A DNA stretch of 64,000 bases from Phoronis australis. Taxonomy: Eukaryota; Animalia; Phoronida. The stretch spans positions 248,001 to 312,000 of the forward strand of contig NMRA01000261.1 of assembly GCA_002633005.1 (NCBI GenBank), read 5' to 3'. A program made the translations under genes and the position numbers. The first letter of the stretch is position 1; every line of letters starts with the position of its first letter. This document shows positions 34,966 through 47,573 of the stretch, piece after piece. Under the pieces are notes generated by a model. It saw only the letters and a list, made by a program, of their open reading frames with translations, made no database searches and had not been told where the DNA came from.

Positions 34966-35919
34966 GTGAGCTCATGCTGGTTTGCTGTTGTTGTCATGGA
35001 AACAACACAGTCGCTCATTAATTTACGAAATTGGTTCATGTGAGAGTTTTGGCCGACTCCTTTTGCACTTCTTATGGAGTCCAGGCAAATGTGTAAATAT
35101 TGAAAACATAAACATAGTGGAAAAATTATAATCTAAATAATTTAAAGGTTAAGAAATATTGCAAACAAAAGAGACTCAACTTCAACGCCTTGCTAACATT
35201 AATTGCTTAGAATTCGCCCGTACATGATTTTAATCTGATTTAACGTGTTACACAGTTTAATTTGAGGATTGCCATACCATACCTTACCAGTTCTGTTTTG
35301 AAAACATCATTTTCTGAAGTTTGTTTCAACTTTGTCAAATATGTATTGTGTCTGAGGGAAGATCTAGTTAATCTGCTTTGGACATTGTGCACAAAAACAT
35401 GATCAACATTATTATCACGGCTTTGGTAGTCAGGAGCTAGTTTGTTGACATACTTGAACAGAAGCTAACACATGAAATTCGCCATAAAAATGGGTGTAAC
35501 TCGGACAGTCTTCCAACCAGCTGAGACTTGAGCTGTTCACATAAACTAACTAAATTTAAAAGCTAGTTGTGAGACAATGACTGGTGCAGCAGCCCTGACC
35601 AACCGACCACTAAGTCCATCCATACCAGCCACTTTACCAGTGGGAACAGTGCGGAGATGTTTCAATAGAGACCTCAATAAAGGCAAATGTGTTTTTTATG
35701 GTAGGTGTGGTTGTCGGCAGCCTGGTTGGACCCTATGGAACTAAATTAAGTGTTAACAGTATTTGCAATAGAAATAAACGGGTTTGTGATGTAGTTCAAT
35801 TCTATTGCAGTAAATTTTTGTTTCTAAATCCATTTGTTGTAATTTAGCTTCAGGTTTGAACCTGTGCTGAATTCCTAATTCTTCCACAACCTTTACAACC
35901 TATCACTCTAATGTTGCAG

Positions 35920-36052
35920 GAAATATTCGTAATTTAGCAATGGAGAAGGTAGCAACCACAGTCATGTTTCCATGTAAATATGCGTCCAATGGTTGCCCGG
36001 TGACGCTAACACACCTGGAGAAAGTAGAGCATGAAGAGGGTTGTGAATACAG
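35920..36052 (+). CDS. SIAH1: SIAH1 coding exon 3 (SIAH zinc finger 1)
   Basis: GNIRNLAMEKVATTVMFPCKYASNGCPVTLTHLEKVEHEEGCEY. Splice phases are consistent. Confidence 0.96.
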
Positions 36053-37007
36053 GTATGTCGAACATGGACATGTGATGGGCTGGGGTTTAAACAGGGAAAA
36101 TGGATGTATACACATGTCAACACCTGAATATTTAGAAATAATTGTCTTGTTTTCGAAAGGAATTTAAAATTGATGCCGTAGTTCAGAAAATTCCATAAAG
36201 ATTGAAAGCATTGCCAAATGTTTCATCCACAAGTCTGTGGATTGCCGAGGACAAAATTACTTGTTAACATACTGAATGTTAGGTTTCAGTAACATATTTT
36301 ACTAGTCTACATCTTTGTTATCGGCTTTTTTGCGTTATTACTTTTGCTTTATTTTTAGTGTGTTTAGATTGATATTCTTTGGCTTGTTAAATTACTTGAA
36401 TTTTATTTACTGCTAAGCCTATACCTTTTACACACTCGGCCACAGCTCTACTGCTAGTCCACTTACAGAGATCCACTAGTAGCCCACACACCCACAGCTC
36501 CACCAGTAGACCACTTACAAAGATCTAGTAGCAGTCCATTCACACTAAGCTCCACTAATAGTCCACTCACCCAAAGTTCCATCTGTGAAATCTCCTCTAG
36601 AGCTGTGATGTCATTGGAGGTTTTGTTGCACCAACTACTAATTAATGGCTCTTAAATACTGATTTGTAATATTTGCCATCCATTGCCAGCACGTCATAGC
36701 ACGAGACCTGCAAAATGCCTTTGACCTGTTGTTTGTGTAAATTATGAAGGTTCTTTCCAAGTTATTAAATCAGTAACATCACATCCTATAATTTTATATG
36801 TTGATTCTCCGCCGGGTGTGTCAGGTGTTAGTTAGTGTGTGCTGGCATTTTTTAGTATTAGATCAAATAAAATTCATGTCAGATGATAATTCACCATGGT
36901 AACTTGCCCATACTGTGGATTGTTTATTAATCTGCATCTCAAGGGACAATTAGATTTAACGCACGCTCATATGCATATGCACACGCACATGTGCACGCAA
37001 ACGTGGG

Positions 37008-37009
<2 letters not shown>

Positions 37010-37044
<35 letters not shown>

Positions 37045-37045
37045 A
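37010..37045. repeat. (CA)n microsatellite
   Basis: Directly visible. Confidence 0.9.
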
Positions 37046-37109
37046 GACCGTGCTGTTAAGCATAAGATTATATTGAACAATTTCCTAATACCAATTTACT
37101 GTGTTCCAG

Positions 37110-37216
37110 GCCATACTGCTGCCCCTGCCCCGGGGCCTCGTGTAAATGGCAAGGGTCTCTAGACCAAGTGATGCCACATTTAATGCACCAGCATAAGAGT
37201 ATTACCACATTACAAG
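37110..37216 (+). CDS. SIAH1: SIAH1 coding exon 4 (zinc finger 2)
   Basis: Translated by hand: [36 protein letters not shown]. Boundaries ccag| and AAG|gtatgt. Confidence 0.95.
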
Positions 37217-37462
37217 GTATGTACATAAGACTATTACCACAATACAAGGTATGTTCATGAGAGTATTACCACAATACAAGGTATGTTCATAAGTGTATTA
37301 CCACAATACAAGGTATGTTCATAAGAGTTACCACAATACAAGGTATGTTCATAAGAGTATTACCACAATACAAGGTATGTTCATAAGAGTATTACCACAT
37401 TACAAGGTATGTTAATTAAAGTATTACCACATTAAAAGGTGTGTACTTAAAAGTATTACAAC
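37192..37462 (+). repeat. 32-bp tandem repeat (about 8 copies) made of the last 25 nt of SIAH1 exon 4 plus its donor site
   Basis: Unit CATAAGAGTATTACCACA(T/A)TACAAG|GTATGT(T/A). Confidence 0.95.
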
Positions 37463-38138
37463 CTGACAAAGTATGGACTGAAAATAAGGAAACACTGTTC
37501 GTTAAAAGTTTGTCAAAAAATTTTCGGAGGGCAAAAGTAATCTTCACACCCATCATCGACCTTTTTCCGGTCTACGTGTGCATTCTGACATATTGTTGGG
37601 AATACTACTCCATAGTGCTGATTTTATGATACCACATGGTACAGCATAAGGGCAACTTTGTGTAGTGTTTTTTCTCAGAAATGTTCAGGTTTACTTGAAG
37701 GTTGTCGGTATGTTTGGTTTCTTCCATAATTAGTCTTCGTAGCAGCATTCCTTTGCCATTGAAAGCTATTGGGTCCTGTATTGCACTTCACCAATTTATA
37801 GAGAAGTGCGATGACACAGCTATTACTGTCATGTTGATTGTTCAATATTTTCTATACTACAGTCTTGTTCTGGGGTATCTACACATTCAATATGCCGACT
37901 GTTTCATTATCTTGGCAATTGGTACATGTACCTAAGACAATATCACTTAATGAAAAAGCCAACCCGAGACAGTACACTTCCATTAACCGTTGAAGATCAA
38001 ATTGCCCAGCCAAGATGACGTCATGTTTTTACCAACTTGTCCTATAGGAGTGATCCCCAGGTGTTATGTCAACCAACCTGTCTTCAAGTTGTGAGGGAGC
38101 CCCACTCATGATGTCAACGACAATTGTGTACATTGCAG

Positions 38139-38331
38139 GGGAAGACATAGTGTTCCTAGCCACTGATATCAACCTGCCCGGGGCTGTGGACTGGGTCATG
38201 ATGCAGTCGTGCTTTGGATACAATTTTATGCTGGTTTTAGAAAAACAAGAAAAATATGACGGCTTACAACAGTTTTATGCCATTGTCCAGTTAATAGGCA
38301 CAACGAAACAGGCAGAGAGTTTTGCGTACAG
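38139..38331 (+). CDS. SIAH1: SIAH1 coding exon 5 (substrate-binding TRAF-like domain)
   Basis: [64 protein letters not shown]. Confidence 0.97.
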
Positions 38332-38774
38332 GTGAGTACTTAGACTCTTTTAGTATTATGTGCAGAGATACATCCCTGGTCTGTATATTGTGTAGAGCTA
38401 ACTGTTGAACTGGTACTCATATAGCCTGGTCAGTGTTATGTTCAAAGATACATCCCTGGTCTGTTTATTGTCTACCGCTAACCGTTGAACCGCCACTGAT
38501 GTAGCCTGGTCGGTATTATGTTCTACTTGCTCCCTTTAAACAAGAAATGTATGTCACCATTCAAATGAGTTGACCTTCATACAGGTCATGACCTCTTCCC
38601 TAATCTACATCTTCATACCCTTGCTTCATAGCATGTTAATGTTGACCTTCTTATTTTTACTCGGCCGCCTTGTTTATGGGCAGTCTGTTTACCATGCGAT
38701 GGTCAAACTTTAATATTGTTTGTTGCAGGCTTCATTTTTTTCTGTGATGCCATTCATTGTTTATTGTGATACAG

Positions 38775-38952
38775 GTTGGAGTTAAATGGTCATCGTAGGC
38801 GGCTGACATGGGAAGCAACTCCTCGAAGTATCCATGACGGAGTACAGTCAGCAATTTTGAACAGTGACTGTCTAGTGTTCGACACCAATATTGCCAGACT
38901 ATTTGCTGACAATGGAAATCTAGGAATTAATGTGACCATCTCTATGTGCTGA
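38775..38952 (+). CDS. SIAH1: SIAH1 last coding exon
   Basis: Translated by hand: [59 protein letters not shown]. The exons sum to 828 nt, or 275 aa plus stop. Confidence 0.96.
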
Positions 38953-39579
38953 TGTGTAGAAAGGAGATAGACAGATGGGGAGTCCAAAGTACTGATAATC
39001 AGCATGGTTCTTTCACTGAGCAAAGTGCGACCATATCAACGTGTTGATGTGCATTAGAGGGGAGACAGACATCACACCATTTGTCCACTGAACACAATCT
39101 CATATAGGACACATTTTCTACGTAAGCCATCACTATCGTATATTATCTTGCTCATATTGAGTCACAAAACCTGCACATGAAGTAGGTCGCTTCCCATAGG
39201 TGGCGTGTGTAGACCTGTCTTGTGACCCCTGCACACATGTTGTAGTGATTTCTTGTGCTAGCGATGGAGATGACTCTTGTTAGAACAGCTCATTACTGTG
39301 ACAAGATGTGGGCTGGGATGACTAACGACCCAGTTTCTAAAACTTTGAAAGTTCTTTAGTAAAGTGTTGTTTTGATAAAGCAATGTTTATTGGCAACACT
39401 TGCATCATCTATATTGAACAGTAGGAATTTTTTTGTTACGAAATCGAGTGCTCTGTACGAACTATGCTGTGTCTTGGATGTGGCAGAGGTCTCACCAGAT
39501 CTCACTTTATCACCAAATTTTTATGTGTTTTTTGGTAAATATGATCCGTCATATATATAAGAGCGTAAATGATGTATTA

Positions 39580-40088
39580 CAGGGCTTGGAATTTTCCGCG
39601 GAAACGCGGATTTCCGCTTTTTTCAAATGTTCTGTCCGCGCATTTTATTATATTTCAGCGTAAAAAAATCGGATTTGATATAAAATTTCCGCGGCAAATT
39701 CCTTTCTTACCACGGCGTTGCCGACGACGTTCACCTAGAAAAGCGGAAGTTGCTCTTTATGTTTCGGAGGAACGTAAATTGTCAACATTGCCGGGGCATC
39801 TGGGATAGCGTGGTGGGATTTTCAGTGGCGTCTCGTGTGATTGTAAACCGCGGTGATAAATACTATGGCTCTGCAGCCAAAAATGTGTGGGGGTGGGAGT
39901 GGAGGAGTGGATGGACGAGATAAGAAGACGCAGACGCATGCTACTTATGGTGGTAACGTTTTTTTTTTTTAGTCCTACCGATTTCTGTCGGCGAAAGGTT
40001 CACGTCGACTACTTCAAGGCTGGGTAGCGCACATGTTTTGGGCCGTAAAAGTTTCCGCGTTTTTTGTCATTGGTCATTCCAAGCCCTG
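39580..40088. mobile_element. About 0.5-kb MITE with 13-bp TIR CAGGGCTTGGAAT and 6-bp TSD GTATTA (hAT-like, 6-bp-TSD type)
   Basis: GTATTA|CAGGGCTTGGAAT…ATTCCAAGCCCTG|GTATTA. A closely similar copy is at 61797-62280. Confidence 0.9.
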
Positions 40089-40191
40089 GTATTACCATCT
40101 CTTCATGTGAGTGACAGAAACACTGACAGTGGGGTAGACTATTGTGGATCAGTATATGTCAGCTGAACACGTGTCATGCATGACTGTTTGT

Positions 40192-40500
40192 GCTGATGGG
40201 GGGAGAGGCTGTCTGTGTATACTGATGTCTGTAAGGGGGAGAGAGGCTGTGTGTACTGATGTCTGTAAGGGGGAGAGAGACTGTGTGTACTGATGTCTGT
40301 AAGGGGGAGAGAGACTGTGTGTACTGATGTCTGTAAGGGGGAGAGAGANTGTAAGGGGGAGAGAGAGACTGTGTGTACTGATGTCTGTAAGGGGGAGAGA
40401 GAGACTGTGTGTACTGATGTCTGTAAGGGGGAGAGAGACTGTGTTCTGATGTCTGTACGGGGGAGAGAGAGATTGTCTGTGTGTACTGATGTTTGTACGG
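40192..40500. repeat. About 34-36-bp minisatellite (CTGTGTGTACTGATGTCTGTAAGGGGGAGAGAGA) with an assembly N at 40349
   Basis: Directly visible. The array length may be collapsed in the assembly. Confidence 0.92.
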
Positions 40501-41280
40501 AGGAGGCTGGGAACATAGGCAATGAGTTATTTATTGCCGGTGGTGGTTTGTTCGGTATGGGGGACCGGGAAAATATTCCATAATTGCTTCCATTGTAATG
40601 TCATAGTTAACATTTGACAAACTGATCCCAACGGTTGTAACTGCCAAGCAATTGATTAAATCTGTCAACTGTTACCTAAATGTAACTTTTGGTTGAAATA
40701 TAGTGGATAGTTAACTTGGTAATCCAAGTATTTGTGTGCACTCAAGGAATGGGGTCTGAAATCAAGCACACGCCTGCTATTTTAATACATATCTCATTTC
40801 TACGCATTTAAAGTTTGTTGAGATGACTTATATTTTGTCGTCCATACCGCCCAGTTGTTACACAGGCCTGTATACTTGTAAGCAATCAACCAAAGATAAA
40901 TCCTGTATTGACAGAATTTCTGTGCTTCATTGCATTGTGAGAATAGATGAGGTAGGATTCGTTTTGGAGCAGAAAAGTGAATGTCGTACTTTTACCTGCA
41001 AATGTGGGGCCTCTTCGCATTAGTGGAACTTTCAGTTTCTAATTTCAAGAAGGAGCGCTCACCAGGGTACAAAACAAGTTTATGTGGCAGGTTATCTTGA
41101 GTCACGTCTTTTCAAGTTCAGTGGTACTCCAAATTGCAGAAATAAATTCAGTTGTGACACAGACACTTGCGCCTCCTATGGGGCAGTGCTTTATCACCAT
41201 CTGTGATCTAGTTCAGTTTGTGTATGACCATGCTACTTAACTGCATTCGCCTATTTCCCTTTAGATGTAACTTATGTTTC

Positions 41281-41286
41281 AATAAA
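41281..41286 (+). terminator. Candidate SIAH1 polyadenylation signal AATAAA (alternative near 41141)
   Basis: AATAAA followed by T/GT-rich downstream sequence, about 2.3 kb after the stop codon. Confidence 0.4.
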
Positions 41287-44200
41287 CTTTAGTTAATATT
41301 TTAAGTGTGTTACTGTTTAACCAAGTAGCTGAATTAAGAAAGACTGACACTCTGGGAGAAGTAAACAGCTGGGTTCACGATTTTCCCTGAGCTGGTTTTG
41401 TTCTGGGCTTGGAATTTTGCTCTTAAGAGGATTTCCTCATATTTGGTTTTAATTATCAGACTTCCTCTTATTTGATTTCCAGTTTCCTCTTTTTTTTCTC
41501 TTGTTTATTATATTTTTGACTTTATTCATGCAGAAACGTTTATTTCTGAAAAAATTTTACAACACAAAAAATATTTCTATCACACAAGTCTACTTAATTG
41601 TGGAGCTATACATCACCTTGAAAATTGGCCTCCTTTTTGTCACAACCCCTTTCCAAACAATTTTCCATATAGGGTTTCGGAAAAGGAAAAATGTTAATTA
41701 GTTTCCTGTAGTGGTAACGTCTTCCTGGTACCAGGAATGTTCATATCATTCTGATGTCTGTATTTCATTTGTAATGTGTGCCGGAGGCAACTTATGTATT
41801 CAGAAAGTATTCATATCCTCACTGATGTTACTGTCACAAAACACGAGCTGGATGCGGAGATGGAACTGACGGAGAGGCTACGAAACTCTGGGACTCGACT
41901 AGCATAAAACACTTAACATTTCGGAGTAAACCTAGAGGAGTATTGTTATATTTGCCATTACGCTATAAACCACGGAATAATACAAGTCCATGCTAGTCGG
42001 ACACTGGATGAACCCATGAAATCTTCACGACCGGCGATTCCTTTGCGTGGAAACATCATTTTGCAACAACAAAGTAGAAAAAACGGTATCAAATTTTTAA
42101 CGACCGAAGTAAAGGAATGTGTGTACATGTTCTAGTGGCAGATAAAATATGTTCAAGGATCCGGGGCCAGGGGTAAAATTATGTTGTTTTCAAAAGTGAT
42201 CCTTTAGCGAGTCTGGGATGCGTGTGCCGGGCCAGCCGAGGTTCATTTATTGATTTGTTGGAAACTCAGGCGCGGGGTTGCGACACCACCAAATAATCTC
42301 CCATTTAGCTGAGGAAAGGAAAAATTGGTTAGAGGTGCCCATTCAAAGCGTGCCATGTTTGAGAATTTTGCAAAAATGTTTTCAGTTGGACTTTTTGTTC
42401 TTTTCTGGAAAATTTCCTCTTCCTTTGAAGCGGCTTCATAAACCCACGTTTCGTCCACGAAGCAGAACTTTGAACTGGCATTGTTCTTGATCATGTTCGA
42501 TCATCAGTGCTGGCGGATCCCGCCTATATCCATCTCAGGGCGTAAAATCGGCGTCGACCGAATTTTTATTATTATTTTTTTAATTGTTTGGTCCTTTCGT
42601 TGAGAGAAGGGGCGGTGCGGCCTCTGACTGGGTATCTTGGAGTTTTCGTGTGCATCTGTGGAATTTAGTGAACCCGGTATCTGTGGAAGTTGTAGCTCGG
42701 GTTTGGTGTCCGTTGACTTGAGACTGCGATTTATGTTGGAACTAACAGGCACGGCCGTGGAACCACACTTAGCTACTCCTCAGTTTAACCAGTTTCAATT
42801 GATGAACGCAAGTCGACGTTAGACTGCAGACTCGATTAGCTTCAGGCAAGAGTCGCTGAGAGTCTCTGAAACTAATTTGCGAACGTCATGTCCGGGGTCC
42901 GGTTGAGTCGTGTGATCTTCAGGAATGCACTGTTAAATACATTTGCTCAAGAGTACTTCTGCAACTAACGGTAGACCTATAATTTATTTCCAATTTCAGC
43001 GTCGTATTCAGGAAGCTGGTCAATAACTCAGTGGAAGTCAATCATCGAGGATATACGCCTGGTTCTATTATCCTGAGTCCACAACTCCACAATCACAATT
43101 ATAAATGACAATTTCTACTTCACCACCCACTCACCCTGTATAATCTTACAACACGACACAATACGTTTTTCATACTCTGTCCACGACCACCACCAGTAAC
43201 CAATAGACTTTAACAATAGCTTAGCCCTACGGGCCAGATCAGATGGCTATCTACTAGCTGAGCTGTCTGAGTGTCTCAGTTGAACACCCTGGCGTGAGCC
43301 GTCACGTCAGCTATGCACTCGAGGCAGTCATTTCATCTCATGGCTAGCCATTTGTGCTGGTCCTGACATGAAACCAAACCCAGAAAAAATCCAAAGCATT
43401 TGTGTAGGTAAAAATGAATTTCTCGTCCATCTCGATGATGACATAAAGATCAACCGTTATCAAAATGAGACTACTGGGTGTTGTAATTAACTTCTGTTGA
43501 CCACGTATAGCTTATATTGCTATATCGTCCTCTAACTTTATTGGTGACTCACACAATCTACATTGATTGTCGGACAAAAAGACTAGCTCTCGAGTTGTTA
43601 CATTAAGTAAACGCCATGCCACTTCATTTACGACATCAATCCAAATTATGGTACTTGAGCTTTACACAATTCTGTACCATAAATCCTATAAATATCTTGA
43701 AGACCTCGTTCAACTGGCATAATACAAATATTATTTCGTTTGACGGAATCAAGAAATAATACGATTATTTGTAACATGTGCATGTAGACCTCCGACCCCA
43801 CACCTATTCACACCATACATAGCTCAATCTCTACAACCTCCAAAAATGTCAAAAATGCTAAATAAAATCAGCTAAGATTCAATGACCTTCGACTTTCAGT
43901 CAGCATCAATATCAATTTTCAATATTACGTAATACACATTTGTCTCTTGATTTCACGATCTTTCTAAAAACATTTACAACATTTTGAAGGCAAATTAAAT
44001 TGACGTTTTAGATCAACGTATAGCGAGCTCGCAAGAAAAAAATACATTCTTTATCCGCGTCCCACCGACGAACGCCATTCCTGCATCTCTCGGGTGACTG
44101 TTTTGTCGTGCAGCGTTTTAGAAAGTCTATTCGCGCCAATGACTTGTGAAATATCGAAATTCGTGAAACTCAACAGCAAGATACAAGAATCTGTATTTTA

Positions 44201-45547
44201 CGTCAGATCATAGGAAGATCCCAAGCGGCACTGATAAGCAAGCCCAGCCGAGACTAACGACGTTGATAAAATATTGGTGTAAAATAATAGATTCGTTTAA
44301 GCTATAACATTGGGTTTGAGATGTCAGAAAATAACAGAGATTGTTCGACACATTTTCTATGATATTGTGTGATGTTCTTAATGTTATCGTGGTGGTGAAC
44401 TATTGCTCAAGTTTTGTCAGACTTAAAAGACAACGCTTAACAGATGCAGAGAGTAAAATCCTGAAGACAATGCTGTATTATGTTTTAAGCTACAGATTGT
44501 TTAAACCGAGCCTTGTGAGTGAAAACTACTTTAGCTCCTCAGAAAACACCCACAGAGGGCATTAGACATCTTTTAGATTCTCAAACCATGACCTGTGGGA
44601 CATTACCTGAGTGTAGTTCGTGTGGAAATATTATGGGCATGCTGCAACGTGCCGGTACACAATAGGTTTCATGATGTTCGGGAACGGAGTTCGTCTGCCT
44701 GTTCGCGAGCAAAGACACGTGTTCGCGAGACTGGATTAGTGTTCCGGAAAAAGGGGACAATAGCGTACGCAAAAGAAAAGCTTTATTTGCAGGCATGCCC
44801 AATCCGTGGTGCGCGAGCATGGAAGTCTAAGTGCCAGTGTTCGGATAGCCATCCTTCATTGCTACTTAAGTTACTTGACGTTATTTTATGTCCGTCAGTG
44901 TGGTAGAATTGGTCAGCGCACTGTAAATTTATAATTTATGAAATAGGAATATTTTATTTGCTTCTAAGATATTGTGTGATGTGGAATCTGGACTTCTGAT
45001 CAATATAATCAAGGTCAGAGCGCCTGCCAGTGGGTCAAGATCTAAATTGAGAACGTAAATTGAACAACTGGAGATTATTATTAATACATACTGTTTATCA
45101 ATAGCCAGGAGGTCTTTTGCCAGCTCAGCTTGGATACTCTTCCATTGGAGACAGAAGTTGGTAGATCCACAAAGATAGTGCCAGAAAGCAAGGTGACGCT
45201 GATTAGCGGAATGAGTGAAACCCGCGTTACTTTTCATGTGTCCGACACAACGGTTGTACACTATACATCAATTAAAGTGTGTAACTATTTCCAAATAGCA
45301 CTTTATAAGAAGGTTAACAATTTTTCTGATAATTTTCATTTCTTTCTATTTTTACGCAATATTCGTCTTGAATCCCAGACGACGTTTATTGTTAACAATC
45401 GATAACAGTGAAGGCTTAGCCTACTCTCAACTGAGGCGGCCACAAGACCATCAGTGGGTGTCATTTTTCAAATAACATAAATTGTTTTTAACCTTAAACA
45501 GGCTTTTATGCAAGGTTGAAAACACATATTACTACAAAAAATAAGGT

Positions 45548-45582
45548 TCATTCATTCATTCATTCATTCATTCATTCATTCA
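45548..45582. repeat. (TTCA)n microsatellite
   Basis: Directly visible. Confidence 0.9.
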
Positions 45583-45945
45583 CTTATGACGAGTTAAGAA
45601 TCATAAAAGATTGTAATCGGTTAGTCTCTGCTAGTAACTATTGCCTAGCACCGTGGGAGCATAGACTTTACGAATATCTATGGTGGGAGCACCGAGTCTT
45701 GCACTTGTTCAGCGCCCCTTGCGGAAGAAAGAACACCAACATCACCGGATTTGGACTTTGAAACCAAATAAAGTGACCAAAGTCCATTCTGTGGGGTTTT
45801 GGTTGTGCACACTGAAAGAAAGAGAAAATATTACTTGAAGATTCTGGACAATATGGTAGAGAAATAACACCCGAAATATCCACATTTTGGTGGCGCTGAT
45901 TTCGTCTCTCAGTCTCTTTTTCTCTCTTTCTCTCTCGAGACAACA

Positions 45946-46051
45946 ATGGCCGACAGGGGCGGTCGAACTGATATCGACAAAGCTGAAAATTGGAGAGAGC
46001 CTTCAAAATGTGTTTCTTTCAAAGGCCAAGAAGTTCATACTGCGCCAATTG
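45946..46051 (+). CDS. Sphingosine-1-phosphate phosphatase-like gene, probable first coding exon (MADRGGRTDIDKAENWREPSKCVSFKGQEVHTAPI)
   Basis: Good Kozak context ACAATGG, open to the phase-1 donor G|gtaagt, which matches the phase-1 acceptor at 50866. Preceded by a CT-rich tract. Confidence 0.7.
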
Positions 46052-46730
46052 GTAAGTGAAACAAAATGAAGACAATGAGTAGTCGTAGGAATCGCATCTT
46101 TGTGTTAGTATTAGTCACTGAGTCGGTCACCACTCGGTGTCGTGATCAGAAGTGAATCACTGAGTGTGAGACCGAGTGTCTTGACACTTTCCCTGTGTAA
46201 GCAGTGTACAGAGTAGACAATGCGTCGTCTCAAGTCAGCCATTGGGGCGACGATACTCCCCACTGCACGATGCATGTTTGTAACACCCATTAAATGGCAA
46301 TGTATCCGAATTCCACGTCCAGTTATTGAGAATGGCAGTTAAGAAGGAGTAGGTTTTCACCTCAGAAATATACACCGTCGTGAATATAAGCATAATAAGC
46401 AGTGGATTGTCATACTACCCAATGTCCGTTTGCAACTGCTCATGTGATGTCATGGACATATATCAGCCTTCACAAATATACATGTTTTGACAATCTTAAT
46501 CCTTGTTTGTATCCGGGGTAAGCAGTGTTTTAAAACAGTCGCTGATATTGCCGGCCATTTTGAATGAGGCCCTAAAGTCGTGAACGTTTCGTTTAAACGG
46601 AAATGCACGAAGTATGACCACGCAAGTCAACTACAGTGCTTACAGTTACTCTAGATGACATAAAAATGCATTGCATTGTTTATTAATTCAGTTTCATTTG
46701 AAATAAATTGTTATATGTTTCGCACCCAAC

Positions 46731-47573
46731 TTTGATGTGCAGAGACGTTTTCGTAAATTGCTAAGAACCCAGCATCAGTTATCGCTCTGTATTTTATTGT
46801 TTTGGCCTTACAAAACTTGATCGACCCTGGGACATTTTGATACATTGTTGAAGCTACCCCTGGAGCGCGTGTTTGAGTAAATCTGAACGATAAATATTTT
46901 CGAAAATACATCCCAAAAATGCACAAAAAAGTGAATTAGTGAAATATGCTGTTTTTAAGATACATTTAAAAAAAGAAGCCACTCACTGTTTGTTATCATA
47001 TTGTGAATATGAACACGTCCAGGTATTCTTTTGACGTTCGTAAACAGACAAACGCTGGAAACTTCAACGCCAGATGTCGCAGGACCGCGAAGATTTGGAA
47101 ATAAGATCGTTCACGACTTTAGGGCACTCACGACTTTAGGACCTCTGACGGTATCGTCCGGTTACCTATTTTCGTCAGGCTCCAAAGTTCGCCCGCCATC
47201 TTGTTTCGCGTGCAGCGCAACCACGCGGGACTTAGCGTTCCAATTTGGAGTTCTCGTCTGCACGTTAGGTACTAACTTATCGGAAGAGACACGTATCAAA
47301 GTAATGAGACAAAAATCGGTGAGTTTACCGATTGTTTTTTAAAACCACTTAAAAATCAGTAGATTTTACTAATACACTTTTTTGTGCGTTTTCAGAAGAT
47401 GTTTTCGAATTTAAATTTTCTTCCGACGGGACACAAAACATGATCCAGGGTTTGTTTATGCAATGTATCTGTTTGTCCCAGGCACTAGTAGGATCTAGAA
47501 GGCCAAAGGAAAAATCCGCAGACAAATGCGATACGCTGGGTTCTTAACATTTTTGCCTCACGTTCACCATTAA
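46731..47573. mobile_element. Fold-back/MITE with imperfect TIRs of about 240 bp and a CpG-rich core (possibly Kolobok-like)
   Basis: AAGAACCCAGC / GCTGGGTTCTT and AAAATGCACAAAAAAGTGAATTAGTGAAAT / ATTTTACTAATACACTTTTTTGTGCGTTTT are mirrored at matching distances. The ends are approximate. Confidence 0.7.

Noticed and set aside
39569-39808. Near-identical ORFs at 39569 and 61744 as a duplicated small gene
   Set aside because: Both are read from two copies of the same MITE.
40139-40583. Repetitive 127-aa and 96-aa ORFs
   Set aside because: Minisatellite translations that span an assembly N.
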